Source of the DNA: Histomonas meleagridis 2922-C6/04-290x
Lineage: Eukaryota > Protista > Parabasalia
Direction of reading: 5' to 3'
DNA length: 64,000 nt
Assembly: GCA_020184695.1 (NCBI GenBank)
Contig: JAANOX010000116.1
Location: 62,001-126,000 of the forward strand
Both the position numbers and the translations under genes were made by a program. The notes below the pieces were generated by a model. It saw only the letters and a program-made list of their open reading frames with translations, did not search any database and had not been told where the DNA came from. Below are positions 32,199 to 43,888 of this stretch, in pieces. How positions within the stretch are numbered: the stretch's first letter is position 1; every line of letters starts with the position of its first letter.

Positions 32199-32860
32199 CT
32201 ATTTTTCATTAAATAATTTAACTATTTCTGTATGACCATTTTAGATGCTTTCATAAGTGCTGTTCGAAATAATTTAAATAATTTCCAATTATTATTTAGA
32301 AATCCAAAATTATTAAAATAAATTTTAAATAAAACAAATAAATATTTTTAGCATTAATATCAATTCCTTCTTGTTCAAGAAGTAATTTAACTATTTCTGT
32401 ATAACCTTTTTCTGATGCAATATTAAGTGCTGTATTAAATATTTTAAATAGTTTCCAAAAATTATATTGAAATCCAAAATTATTAAAATAAATTTCAAAT
32501 AAAACAAATAAATATTTTTAGCATTAATATCAATTCCTTCTTGTTCAAGAATTATTTTAACTATTTCTGTATAACCTTTTTCTGATGCTCTAATAAGTGC
32601 TGTTTTAAACAATTTAAATAATTTTCAAAAATTATATTGAAATCCAAAATTATTAAAATAAATTTCAAATAAAACAAATAAATATTTTTAGCATTAATAT
32701 CAATTCCTTCTTTGTCAAGAAGTAATTTAACTATTTCTGTATAACCTTTTTCAGAAGCTAAAATAAGTGCTGTTTCAAATAATTTAAATAATTTCCAAAT
32801 ATTATTTTGAAATATCAAATTATTAATATAAAAACTTTTAGCATTAATATCAATACCTTC
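32199..32860 (-). repeat. Second 170-nt ankyrin/spacer array
   Basis: Thr codons (forward tgt) at 32771, 32601, 32431 and 32261, an exact 170-nt period. Confidence 0.93.
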
Positions 32861-34049
32861 TTTTACGAGAATATATTTAATCAGTTCAAAATTACCTGAT
32901 TCCATGCCAAAAATTAAAATATTTTTTGGAATTTTTGTATTTTTGAGAAAATATTTAATAAGATATAAGTTTCCAATCTTTGCTGTTTCATGAATGATAT
33001 TATCATTAATTATCATTCCTTTTTCTCCCAAAAATGAAAGAACTTCATAATTTCCACTGTTAATACAATAAACAATCAAATCATTGTCTGATTTTTCTTC
33101 CAATTTATTTTCATAAAGATATTTAAAGATATCATTATGATGAAATATAATTGCTGTTTTATATGCATCTTCAAATTTCGAATGATTTTGTTCACATAAA
33201 TGAATTATTTCTTCATTTCCTCCTGCAATTGCATATTTACCTGTGTTTTCTATTTTAGAACCATTCATAAGTAAATGTTTAAAACATTTAACTGCAGAAA
33301 AAAATGCTGCATAATCAATTAATGAAACATTTTTATGATTAATAAATGAACATCTTTCATAAAGTGATGGCACAATTTTTTGATTAAAATCAAAATTTGT
33401 TTGTGATGTTATTTCTTGAAGTTTTTCGATTTCATCATTTCGAATTATTTTTGCAATTTCATTTGGATTATGCCCTTCTTTAATTAATTGTTTATGAAGT
33501 TCCCAATCATTCTCTGAAAGTTTCATATAATTATCATTATAGTAAAATTTATTATGAAATTTTTTTTGTTTTTTGTTTTCATTTTTTTCCTCTATAATGT
33601 GAAAAATATTTTGATTTAATGCTTTTAACAATATCTTTATGAATTAAATTGCATTCAATCATTTTATCAATTAGATAATATGCATCTTGTGATTTAATTT
33701 CATATATATATTCATAAAAAAATTCAATGATTTTTGGAATGTTTTTATACATTTCTTCTTCTTTTTGAATTGATTGTAGATAATTAACATAAATAGAACT
33801 TTCTTTATGTTGTGAATAAAATGCAAAGTAAACTAAATTACTTATAATATAATTAAATGAATATGGAAAAGTTATATCAAATAATTTCATTGTTTGTTGG
33901 GTTGAAAAAACAAGATTCTCTTCTGCTAAATTAAATATTAATTGCTTGAGAGAAATAAGTTCTTCTATACTAATGGTTTGACTTTCAAAATTAATATTAT
34001 CTCTTTTTAAATTATTTGTAGTTGAAGAAAAATCATGAATATCATTCAT
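32199..34049 (-). pseudogene. DUF3447/ankyrin gene with spacer-interrupted repeats (near-intact copy)
   Basis: N-terminal ORF 33579..34070 (ATG at 34070 or 34049) joins the core ORF via an A7-run frameshift. Four TAL blocks follow; the last has a 1-nt deletion and ends at TAG 32199-32201. Confidence 0.7.
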
Positions 34050-34300
34050 TTCTAAATGACACTTTTTCATTCACAATTTTTTTTTAATTTAAATCTCAAG
34101 AAACAATAAAGTTTCAATATTAAAAATTGAGACATAATAACATTAATTTTTAGTAAACTCTTTCAACCGGGGGCAAATGACTAAAGCCGAAACAAAACGC
34201 TTCCTAAACGAAAAGCAGGCATGTGGCAAATAAAGTATTTAATATTTTCACTGTATCTGTTAAAAATTTGTGTCAACGATGTGAGTGAAGTTCACTTATT

Positions 34301-35215
34301 ATGGCGCTGCTTAAGGATGAGCTCCAAGAGAAGTTTAATTCTTTATTTAGTGGATGTAATTTATGTACAGATATTGATTTCGCACAAATGACAGCAGATC
34401 AAATGACTGATCCGCTTCAAAAGAAAAAAGATATGTATATCAAATGCAAAGATTTTTTATTTAATGGATATAATCATTTAATTAAAGCGGATTTAATTCA
34501 AGAAAGAGATCCTATATCAACATCAATGGATTTTTTATTCGGAGGGCCTTTTTATCGTGGAGAAGTTACAAGTATAGAAGGATCTTCAAGTACTGGCAAA
34601 ACTCGACTTTGCCTAAAAATTGCTCACGAAGTTTCACAGGCAGGTCGCGTTTTGTACATCGATTCTGATTTTACCTTACAACCAAATATATTAGGAAAAA
34701 TAAGAGAAACATTAGGTCTTGAAAACACTGTACAACCAACATATGGTGTTGCTGATATTACCAACCCCAATGACGTTTCCTCTTTTCATATTTGTAGTTG
34801 TACAAATATCATCGAATTATATGATTCAATTAATCAATATTTTTCACAAGCTAATGCAGACTTAATTGTTATAGATAGCTTAATAGCACTGTTTCAAAGT
34901 ACAACATCCAAAGATGGCCCTGGATCTGCAATGCTCCAAGAATTTGCAATAGAACTAAAACATCTCGTTCAAGAAAAGAATTGCGTTGCCATTGTTACAA
35001 ATGTTCTAAGGCGCGACCCTGGAAATAGGAAACCTTTTCTTGGGCGTTTATATTGTTCGTTATGGCATCAACGTCTTCAATTATTTTCTCGTAATTACAT
35101 AACAAGTCAGTGCAAACTTGTAGCATCGCAGCGGTACAGAGAACAGATGCACTTGCTCTCATTGCAAAGGATGACTGAATGTCATGATGAAGTTGGTGAT
35201 TTTGAAGAGGTTTAA
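34301..35215 (+). CDS. RAD51 paralog, RAD51D-like
   Basis: FLFGGPFYRGEVTSIEGSSSTGKT (Walker A), VLYIDSD, LIVIDS (Walker B), AIVTN and KPFLGR (cf. RAD51D KPALGR). Confidence 0.72.
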   Translation: MALLKDELQEKFNSLFSGCNLCTDIDFAQMTADQMTDPLQKKKDMYIKCKDFLFNGYNHLIKADLIQERDPISTSMDFLFGGPFYRGEVTSIEGSSSTGKTRLCLKIAHEVSQAGRVLYIDSDFTLQPNILGKIRETLGLENTVQPTYGVADITNPNDVSSFHICSCTNIIELYDSINQYFSQANADLIVIDSLIALFQSTTSKDGPGSAMLQEFAIELKHLVQEKNCVAIVTNVLRRDPGNRKPFLGRLYCSLWHQRLQLFSRNYITSQCKLVASQRYREQMHLLSLQRMTECHDEVGDFEEV

Positions 35216-35734
35216 ACGGTCGACATCAGCTTTTTAAATGCTTATTTGGCTTTGCACCCATAAACGAACTCCAACTCAAAAAGTCGTATCGGGAAAGTCA
35301 CTTTTTTGTGATTTTTAGGGCGCCTCGTTTTGTTCAAAAGATGGAAGTGTATCTCAAAAAGTTAAAGAAAGGAGTGCCCTTTTTCAAAATATGATCATAT
35401 CATTATAACATCGGCAAAATAGAATATGTAATTGATTAAAATTAAATTTTCATTGATTTGATTTCGATGATTATCATTTTTTGTATCTTAAAATTTTTAA
35501 TTAGTTAAAATTAAATTTTCATTGATTTGATTTTGTTGGTTATCATTTTTTTGTATCTGAAGATTTTGTTATAATTTAACAATTTTGATGTATCATTTTT
35601 GTATATTTGCCCGAAATTATGGGTTTGGTAAAATGAATGTCAATTGAAACATTCCCCATCGTTATTTTCAAAAAGCCATGTTTTTCACAATATTGAATGT
35701 GTTGTAAAATATTTGAAAGAAAATTCTTGGATTG

Positions 35735-36793
35735 ATGGAAAGGATAGAGGAACCACTTATCGATGAAACAACATCAAATGATAATTTAACCAGTTACTCA
35801 GACTCGTCATCAGATAAAAGCACTCAAACAAAGAAAAAATCTTCATCAATTTGGAAAACAATAAATATGATAAGTTTTTTCGTATGTATTAGTCTTCTTA
35901 TATTTTTCACAATTCTTTTTCCGTTGATATACTTAATTCCTCTATCGGAGTATCAGGAATCCAAAAGGCTTCATCCAGCTCAGGAATTTCTTGAGGTACC
36001 ATCCATTCTTAATTTCTTTCATTGGTTCTATTATGCTGTTGCATTTATTGTTTTAATGGCGATTCCTTTTTCCAAAATTCGAGATCCAAATCTTAAATCA
36101 CAAAGATTTTGCGTACTCACATTTTTTGGAATTATCTTAGGTTGCATCACTATACTGTTTCCCATTATTACTACGTATCGCTACATTGATAAATATATCG
36201 ATAATGCAAAACAATACACAGAATACAATCGAAACATCACTCATATGATTTCATGGATTCCGAACATTATTTTTAGTGCCAATGGTTATACCTACAACGA
36301 AACAACGAAACAAAAAAAGATATGTACACCTGAAACAATAATTATCCAAGGAATAAATGCGACGACAATTAGCAACATCACTGATATTGAAGAATATGGC
36401 TTTATACGAATGAATCTTGCAATTACATTAACAGCAGAACAACGGCGATATATATCCGATTATTCTTCTCGATATAAAAAGGCTTTGCCTATTACAATTG
36501 ATGGCGAAAAGATTCATTGGGATTACAAATTTGGAGTTCGAATGTTCGAATATCCAAAAGATTTGTTTTTGGTACAAAAACATGAATTAAATGGAAAGTT
36601 AAGTAAGGCGAGTTATGTATCAATGGGAATGTTTTGGTCATTGATTGGTTACACTTATCGCTTGTACGCGATTCCGATATATAAACATAAGATACAGAAA
36701 GTGAATATGACATTTGACATGAAAGAGATACCAAGCGAAGGAGATCAGCTGTGGAAGACACTGGCGCAGACAAAGTGTCGCCCGACTTTGTAA
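35735..36793 (+). CDS. Hypothetical multi-pass membrane protein
   Basis: About 352-aa ORF with three N-terminal hydrophobic segments; family not recognised. Confidence 0.7.
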   Translation: MERIEEPLIDETTSNDNLTSYSDSSSDKSTQTKKKSSSIWKTINMISFFVCISLLIFFTILFPLIYLIPLSEYQESKRLHPAQEFLEVPSILNFFHWFYYAVAFIVLMAIPFSKIRDPNLKSQRFCVLTFFGIILGCITILFPIITTYRYIDKYIDNAKQYTEYNRNITHMISWIPNIIFSANGYTYNETTKQKKICTPETIIIQGINATTISNITDIEEYGFIRMNLAITLTAEQRRYISDYSSRYKKALPITIDGEKIHWDYKFGVRMFEYPKDLFLVQKHELNGKLSKASYVSMGMFWSLIGYTYRLYAIPIYKHKIQKVNMTFDMKEIPSEGDQLWKTLAQTKCRPTL

Positions 36794-36927
36794 AAATGTA
36801 TTATTCGTATTATTGTTGTTGTTGAAGGAAATTTGATATTTTAATAATCTTTCGCTTTAAATTTGAGTTGTAGACGTATTAATTTCTGTGTGATGTTCCT
36901 ATGTGGTTTTATTAGTACTGTAAGAAA

Positions 36928-37077
36928 TATATATATATATATATATAACACAATGATTATCCTTTATTTAAAATTAATCTACATTTTAATTTGAACCAGT
37001 CCTTGATAATGCATATGTGTTTTTAGAAGATGGACTACATGATTCATAAAACCTGTATATATATATATATATATATA
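36928..37077. repeat. Two (TA)n microsatellites ~110 bp apart
   Basis: TA runs at ~36928-36948 and ~37057-37077. Confidence 0.8.
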
Positions 37078-37528
37078 GAAGCTTGAATTATGTAAGATTT
37101 TTGATTTGATATCTTTCTCATTTTTTCCAATCAAATTTGCTCAACCACACCAAGCACTCTTTGAATCTCGAGTCATTTTTATTTTTTATATGTAATTGAT
37201 TTGTATTTAAAATTACATCTCAATCAAAGAACAAACATCAATTCTTCTTTTGTGGTTCCAATCGTTTTTGTTTGTAATTTGTCATCTTATGATTAAATTG
37301 ATTTTTGATTATAAAAAAATAGAAAAATTTGTGCTATAACTTCATAGAAAAACCACAGTTACAAGATTACTTCTTTTGTTGTGTATCCACAACAATGTTT
37401 GTATATTTTCTTTTAATATCTTTTTGTATATCAATTCCTTGTTCATTAACAAATATTTTATACTCAATGCAATTCGAATATTTATCGTTAAAAATGACTT
37501 AAAAGAATATTTTAATTATTTTATTATT

Positions 37529-39466
37529 TTACTTTACTTCGATTTCAAATATTGGGTTACAATTTTCGAACTTCACATTAATTCTCTCTCCTTCCTTCCA
37601 CTTCGACAACGCTATTGATGACTTTACTATGTTCATCAATATTTCTGTTTGCCACTTCGATCTCTTTCCTCCGTTAATTTTTGTAGCCTTAGCGATCATT
37701 TCCTTTGCGCTATTAAACTTTCTTGTTATTTCATTTCTTAGCACGTTGAGCGGCAAATTTTTTGCTTCGTACAACGCCTGAAAGTTATTATATGGTATAG
37801 CAATTGGCTGTATGAAGTATCTTAAAGCTGAAGTTCTTTCTTCGTAAATCTTTTGTTGACATGTAAACATTCCGTTAACTTTATTATATAAATTTTCTTT
37901 GTTTATAAGTCGCATCACTTGGAAACTCGCGTCCATATACAATGAATATGCTTGCGCTTCGATTTCTTGAATTGATTCTTCTTTACGTTGCCTTTGTATG
38001 TCTTGCGTTGATATCGCTGAACGATTTCCTTTACGTCGTTGATGTATCGTATAGATCGATTGAACGGTACGTTCGTTCTCATAATATTCCGAAAATTTGG
38101 ACCATATCGATGATAAGTTCGAAAATATTGTTCCGTAATCATTAGCATTATATAGATTTGAGATGATTGCAAACTTAATATATGTGTCGGATAAGATTAA
38201 TGAGGTTAAACGACTCCAATGAATCGTTGGATTTGCGATTAAGTATCGATATGAATCAGAAGTAACTTTAGGAAAATGATTCGAATTGACTGCCTTAAGT
38301 TGAAGTTCATGTGTTATTTGTTGGATGTGGCCCCAACATTTAAGTGTATATTCGGATAATATTCGATGCGCACAACAAATTGGTTGTATTAAGGCACGAA
38401 TACAATGCTTTACGAAAAAGTAGTACTGGCTATCAAATTGTTTCTGATCAATTAATGTGGCTTTGAGAATTGATGTAGGAACATGATACTGTTGAAATTC
38501 ATGTTCAAGTAATTTTAATGCTGAGGTCTCAAAAATAAGTTGGTCATCACTTTGTGGGAAAATAATGGAATAAAGAACGATACGGACGAACGTTAAGGCG
38601 TTTTGATGCGAAATGCTCCAATTCGAAGCTGTGGCAATTAGGTCGCTAGTATTGGTGCTACGTGGATATTCACGAAGGGAAGATAAGTCAGAAAGCATTT
38701 GAGTACAAAGTGAACAGGCTGTTTCATGATCTGGAATTTGAAGTTTAGATGGAGCACAATGAGACGGGAGTTGACGATTATGAATAGTCATACAAAAACC
38801 AATTGCAGCTGAATCTTTTGGATAATTGGGTGCTGTTGGTGGTTCAATTGATGTGGGATTCTCAACATATTTTGCAAGATTTACTTCATATTGACAAAAA
38901 TCAAGTATGTCAGAAAGTTGTGGGTTTTCGGATTTTAATTTTTCTATTTTAGAGATTTCTTCTTCGATATTGTATTCATTAAAATATTTTTTGATTTCTT
39001 CTAATTCTTTAAAATCTTGCGTCCAAATTGCACTGTTAATAATACTATATTTTATTGCATACTCTTCAATTGTTAATGTTGCATATGTAAAAGAAAAAAT
39101 TATGGATTTAAGAATTTCGTTTTTAATTTGATAATCTTTGTGAATGTAAATACAAGTTAAAATGCTTTGGAAAATGCTGTAACCTTCTAAGCGTGACATT
39201 TGACAATCAAATAAATATCCAGTAATTTTTCTAATTTTATCATCTGTTATATTTTCATCAGGAATTTGATTTTTTCCCATATAATCAGCAACGCTAAATA
39301 TTCCATTTGATAGTAGATGACCATCAATTCGTTTTGAACCAACAGGTAAACAGCTCATTGTGGTTTTTGCATTCATTTTTTCATTTGATATATATTCATC
39401 ATACTTTAGTTGTGCTTGACATTGTTGAAAGATGGAAATTGGTATTTCAGTCCAATTTTCTTCCAT
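37529..39466 (-). CDS. MAK10: NatC auxiliary subunit MAK10/NAA35
   Basis: N-terminus WTEI...CQAQLKYDEYI...TTMSCLPVGSKRIDG and LEGYSIFQSILTCIY match the Mak10 pattern. Confidence 0.75.
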   Translation of the reverse strand: MEENWTEIPISIFQQCQAQLKYDEYISNEKMNAKTTMSCLPVGSKRIDGHLLSNGIFSVADYMGKNQIPDENITDDKIRKITGYLFDCQMSRLEGYSIFQSILTCIYIHKDYQIKNEILKSIIFSFTYATLTIEEYAIKYSIINSAIWTQDFKELEEIKKYFNEYNIEEEISKIEKLKSENPQLSDILDFCQYEVNLAKYVENPTSIEPPTAPNYPKDSAAIGFCMTIHNRQLPSHCAPSKLQIPDHETACSLCTQMLSDLSSLREYPRSTNTSDLIATASNWSISHQNALTFVRIVLYSIIFPQSDDQLIFETSALKLLEHEFQQYHVPTSILKATLIDQKQFDSQYYFFVKHCIRALIQPICCAHRILSEYTLKCWGHIQQITHELQLKAVNSNHFPKVTSDSYRYLIANPTIHWSRLTSLILSDTYIKFAIISNLYNANDYGTIFSNLSSIWSKFSEYYENERTVQSIYTIHQRRKGNRSAISTQDIQRQRKEESIQEIEAQAYSLYMDASFQVMRLINKENLYNKVNGMFTCQQKIYEERTSALRYFIQPIAIPYNNFQALYEAKNLPLNVLRNEITRKFNSAKEMIAKATKINGGKRSKWQTEILMNIVKSSIALSKWKEGERINVKFENCNPIFEIEVK

Positions 39467-39981
39467 GTAGCCAAATGTCAATAATACAACAGTTCAAATT
39501 TTCATGACACAAAAATTATTGAATATGTGAAATTTGAATGACAGTTGGAACTAAAACCACATTGGGAAAATCTGTTTGAGGATAGTAGAATCCAGGAGGA
39601 CTAAAGCTTTAGGTTTGGACAACTTCAAAGCCGCAAAGCCCTCTAGTCGGGCCTACTTATAACATTACAACATGATTTTTCACATCTTCTAATAACTGAA
39701 TTGCGCCATTTTTCCTCTATCAGAATATTATTTCTATTAAAAATATTCGTCAATTTGGGGTGCCCCTATTGAGCAGACGTTTATGGGGGAGACGTTAAAC
39801 TTTTTTTTGAAAAACAAAACTTTCTAACTTTAATGTTAACATTATAATTATCAACCTAATTTTTTTGCCAGTATTATTATTCATTGTAAGTATGAATGTG
39901 CGTATTTTAGAAATTTTTTAATAATAATAAATAATTCCTTATGAAACATTTGTAAATAGGTCTTACTCACATGAGAACAAT

Positions 39982-40437
39982 TTAATTTGGCACAGAGATA
40001 CCACACTCTTCCATAAGTTTGTCAGTATCAAAAACAACATCTTTTTCTAAATCGACACTTGGAGTCTGTGGCTTTTTGAAAAATTTCCCTAAAATCTTGT
40101 TGGTTTTCCTTCGCCTTGTTTCTTTTTCAAGAAGTGTTAGCCTTCCTTTAACTTTTTGAACAAAATTGAGCATGCAATTAATTGATTCAAAAATCTGATT
40201 TAACTTTTCCGTCAATTGATGTGGATCCCCAAGTTGATCAACTGCAGCGACCTCCTCAACCAAAGCTAGCATCTCATTTAAGCGAATGAGAATTGGTTCA
40301 CATTTTTGACGTTCTTTGACTCTGAATCTGATAATTGCTTCATTATTTGGCCCAATTAGCTGTACTAATTCCTCACATAGATCTTCAAGAGAAACATTGC
40401 ATTCTTCGATTTGTTTTTCTGTTTCTTGGGTGCTCAT
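39982..40437 (-). CDS. Coiled-coil protein, possibly BLOC-1 subunit 4 (cappuccino)-like
   Basis: ILIRLNEMLALV...IFESINCMLNFVQKV...KFFKKP...VFDTDKL resembles the CNO pattern; first ATG at 40437. Confidence 0.45.
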   Translation of the reverse strand: MSTQETEKQIEECNVSLEDLCEELVQLIGPNNEAIIRFRVKERQKCEPILIRLNEMLALVEEVAAVDQLGDPHQLTEKLNQIFESINCMLNFVQKVKGRLTLLEKETRRRKTNKILGKFFKKPQTPSVDLEKDVVFDTDKLMEECGISVPN

Positions 40438-40955
40438 TTGAAAAAAGTGCAATTATTAAAACCGCGAAAACCGTTGCGGTTATGCATATGTGGAAGTTGT
40501 TCTGAAGGATTATAAATCGAAATCTAAGAGTCAAAATACTTCAAGAACAAAAGGGATTGATTTAATTCATTACGTGTTTTATGTATGATTTAATGTTTAT
40601 ATATAATATTTTAAGATAAATTTATCTTAATTTTAATATTAAAATTATTTAAATCAGCACTTCCAAAGCATTTGTAAATGATCACCCTAAAGTCACTGGT
40701 TTAATAATAATAAATAAATCAATGTATCAAAACAAAAGTATGTACATTGTTGATTAATCATTTTGATAAAAACGAAACTTGGGCTAAATACTCTTTAAAA
40801 AAAGACTTTTGTTGTCTTTGTGATTTGTTAAATATACAGATTTAAAATATTTTAAAAATATTTTTTTCCTCTTTATTCTTCTATTGGGCACCCGAAAACG
40901 GTTTCTTTAGTTTTGGGCGGGAAAACGCTTGACAAGACGTTAACTATTTGTTGGC

Positions 40956-41534
40956 ATGAACGTAGATGATTTAAGCAAACTCAGTTCTGATATATTAAAC
41001 ACAAGCGATTTAAGTCCAGATGCATATGCCCTTGCAAAAGTCATTCAAGAACTCCTCCCATTATTCAAAGAAAATGCGGAATTATATTCAGACATGAGGA
41101 AAAAACTCGTTAATCATTATCTTAATCAACCATCACTTGAAATTGAAAAATCTTTTTCATTCGAATTAACAGATAAAATAGCAGAAGAAACTCCAAAACC
41201 AGATAATTCAAAATTAAAAGATCAACTATTAAAATTAGCTAAACAACTTTCTCAGTTTAACCAGCAGTCAATTGAAACCAAAGCGCAAACAGAAAAAACA
41301 ATTGAACAACTTGATAAAGAAATATCTGATTTAAAGGATCAAGTTAAAAATTACCAAATGTTAATAGAAAGATTGTCTAGACCTAATTCAGAAATGCCAA
41401 CGCCAGCGCGAGTCTCTTCAAAATCGTCAGAAAGTTCCCTATTTCAAAGCACATCTACTCCCAAAAGAAGATCATATACACCTCGAATATCACCATCTTC
41501 AGGACAAAGAGTAATGTTTTCAATGCCTAATTAG
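40956..41534 (+). CDS. Hypothetical coiled-coil protein
   Basis: 192-aa ORF with heptad-rich centre and Ser-rich tail. Confidence 0.65.
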   Translation: MNVDDLSKLSSDILNTSDLSPDAYALAKVIQELLPLFKENAELYSDMRKKLVNHYLNQPSLEIEKSFSFELTDKIAEETPKPDNSKLKDQLLKLAKQLSQFNQQSIETKAQTEKTIEQLDKEISDLKDQVKNYQMLIERLSRPNSEMPTPARVSSKSSESSLFQSTSTPKRRSYTPRISPSSGQRVMFSMPN

Positions 41535-41656
41535 TTTTGTAAATAAAAATGTATTTATTTTTCATTTAAATCAAACGTTATGAAAAGTTTTGGAATTTGT
41601 TATATTCTTTAGCAACAATTTTATTTAAAAAAAATAATAAAAACAAATTTAACAAT

Positions 41657-43630
41657 TTATTTAAGTATATTATGCATATAAAGTTCTGTTGTATATATCT
41701 TTTCATAAAACTCCTGCTGAGCAGCGTTCATTGTCTTTTTTAATGTTTTGCTTTGCAACGTTTGTTCGAATTTATCTTTTGCAGTTTTCAATTGCTTAAT
41801 TAGAATTTCGTCATTAGTTTTTTGCAACTCTTCGACCAAAACGTTATACTTTGGGATAAATTCGTTTAATTCCAATTGCATAAACTTAATGATATCGTCT
41901 GTGTTCTGTTCAATGAGAAAATCTTTTTCAGAAAAAATAATTGGAAAATTTAATCCATTATTTGATATAACTTCCATAAATACATTTACATCGATTTGTT
42001 TATCTTTCGATATATTAATTGCCTCTCCGAATAATTCACTAATTATATTCGGCTTTAAATCAAATTTTAATTTTTTAAGTAAATTCTCAAATTGTGAATA
42101 AGTTATAATTTTATTTTTCTGTAAAATTTCATTACATTTATCTTTGAGCGATTCATTGATCTTCATACATTCTTCATTATAAGCTGTTAATATAAAGTCG
42201 ATTATCCCATCAAGTTGTACTAAGTTCTTTCCACTAAATCGTATCAAATCGGCGCCGGAGATTTTGATAAGGCGCTCGATATAAAACTCTAAAATTTTAC
42301 CATTCGAAAATCGTTTTAATACAATTTCGGCTGCGTTACATGCTGATGGTATTGGTATTAAACTCGTCGTTTCTTTGCCACTGCTAATGTCGGGAAACAA
42401 TGGCCCTGGATTTGCTTTGTTCATCATTGTAAGTGTATATAAATAAAAATGTAAAGTTTGGATCGGTAATGGATCAATTAACCCGAAAAATCGTGCAAAT
42501 AATGTAATTCGTGAAATGCCACTTTCAATATATTCTTTAATTGTCTCTAATAAATCATATAACGTTCGTTCTGTATAAAAACGTGAACCATAAACGTTTA
42601 ATAGAATATCATATACAATATTACAAAATGGTTCGCGTAAAAGAGATTTATCATAGGTTTTATATGAAAAATATGTCATGTAATTACTATAAATATAAGA
42701 AATAATAGAAAATACCCACTGAAGAGAACGTTTGTTGGGCTTCGTATCAGATGGTAACGATAGGAAAAGTGGCGGGAACTTTTTGAGCGGATCAAATGAA
42801 CTGTTTGGTGAAAAATCAACAAAATGCTCAACATCATTTAAAACATTGGCAATATCTAAAGGAGATACTACATTTTCTCGCATTTTCCAGCGGAAATTTT
42901 GAGAACGAGATTCAAGTTCACAACTTGAAAATGAAAAAGTCGGTTCATCTTTAATTTCTTCTTCTGGATTTGTATCTGTTATCTTTAACTTGGCTTTAAG
43001 TGCTTTGATTTCTTCGTTGAGCTTGTTACAGAGTTGAACTTGTTCATCAATCTTTTTTTGGATATCAACAAGCTTAAAACCATCATTCTCTTGAGTACTA
43101 TTCCAACTGGCTTTATCTTCTTCATATGCGGATTGAACAGTATTTAATTGAGATTTAACATATTCTAAATCTGTCTTCAAAAACTGCATTCGATCTTTGT
43201 GACATGTGAGAATATATTTGCATTCTTCTTTTTGAACTTGAAAAAGCTTGGTTAAAAATTGTTGGTTTCGTTTCCATAAAACAGCAAATAATCTACCTCG
43301 CTCTGCACAATCAATAGAAACTTGACGAACAAGTTCATTGAAAGCAACAGAAAACCAATGTTGAGCTTGAACGCAAACATCTAAAGGATTGTCGTTTTGT
43401 TCAAGATTTTCTGCTAAAACTGAATTAAGCCATTCTCCTAGTAATTCTACTTCTCGCCTTGAAGCAGGTGCTGGTGTTGAAAAGTTTTTCTGCCTCCAAT
43501 TTTTTGCTGTGAAAGATGAACGAGCAATAGATGGTTTTGAAAATCCTACCGGTTTGGAGCTAAGTGGCTTAATTATTTTTGAAGTATTACTTTGCTGATA
43601 GACTGGGAAAGGTTGTCTAACAGCCCTCAT
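41657..43630 (-). CDS. Axonemal dynein light intermediate chain (p28) domain protein, AXDND1-like
   Basis: PASRREVELLGEWLN...FNELVRQVSIDCAERGRLF motif followed by coiled coil. Confidence 0.72.
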   Translation of the reverse strand: MRAVRQPFPVYQQSNTSKIIKPLSSKPVGFSKPSIARSSFTAKNWRQKNFSTPAPASRREVELLGEWLNSVLAENLEQNDNPLDVCVQAQHWFSVAFNELVRQVSIDCAERGRLFAVLWKRNQQFLTKLFQVQKEECKYILTCHKDRMQFLKTDLEYVKSQLNTVQSAYEEDKASWNSTQENDGFKLVDIQKKIDEQVQLCNKLNEEIKALKAKLKITDTNPEEEIKDEPTFSFSSCELESRSQNFRWKMRENVVSPLDIANVLNDVEHFVDFSPNSSFDPLKKFPPLFLSLPSDTKPNKRSLQWVFSIISYIYSNYMTYFSYKTYDKSLLREPFCNIVYDILLNVYGSRFYTERTLYDLLETIKEYIESGISRITLFARFFGLIDPLPIQTLHFYLYTLTMMNKANPGPLFPDISSGKETTSLIPIPSACNAAEIVLKRFSNGKILEFYIERLIKISGADLIRFSGKNLVQLDGIIDFILTAYNEECMKINESLKDKCNEILQKNKIITYSQFENLLKKLKFDLKPNIISELFGEAINISKDKQIDVNVFMEVISNNGLNFPIIFSEKDFLIEQNTDDIIKFMQLELNEFIPKYNVLVEELQKTNDEILIKQLKTAKDKFEQTLQSKTLKKTMNAAQQEFYEKIYTTELYMHNILK

Positions 43631-43888
43631 TTTGGTTCAATATCTCGAAATTCTTCCCAATGTTAAAAAACGTATTTTGGAGCACACCTATTTCGGCCGT
43701 TTATTTGATTATTAAACGTGCATTTTTTTCATCATTCTGTTTTGTTCTATATAAGCAATATGTTGGCTCAAAGTAAATCAAAATGATAATACTTTACGTA
43801 TACTTTAATTAAATATAAATATTAGTAATAATTAAATATTAGTAATAATAATAAAGTATACTTTAATTAAATATTATAAACATATTGT

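Noticed and set aside
35438-35570. Two-copy ~70-bp AT-rich tandem duplication
   Set aside because: A local slippage duplication in intergenic DNA with no further structure.
36949-37056. Segment between two (TA)n runs as a snoRNA or MITE
   Set aside because: No complete C/D or H/ACA boxes and no TIRs were found.
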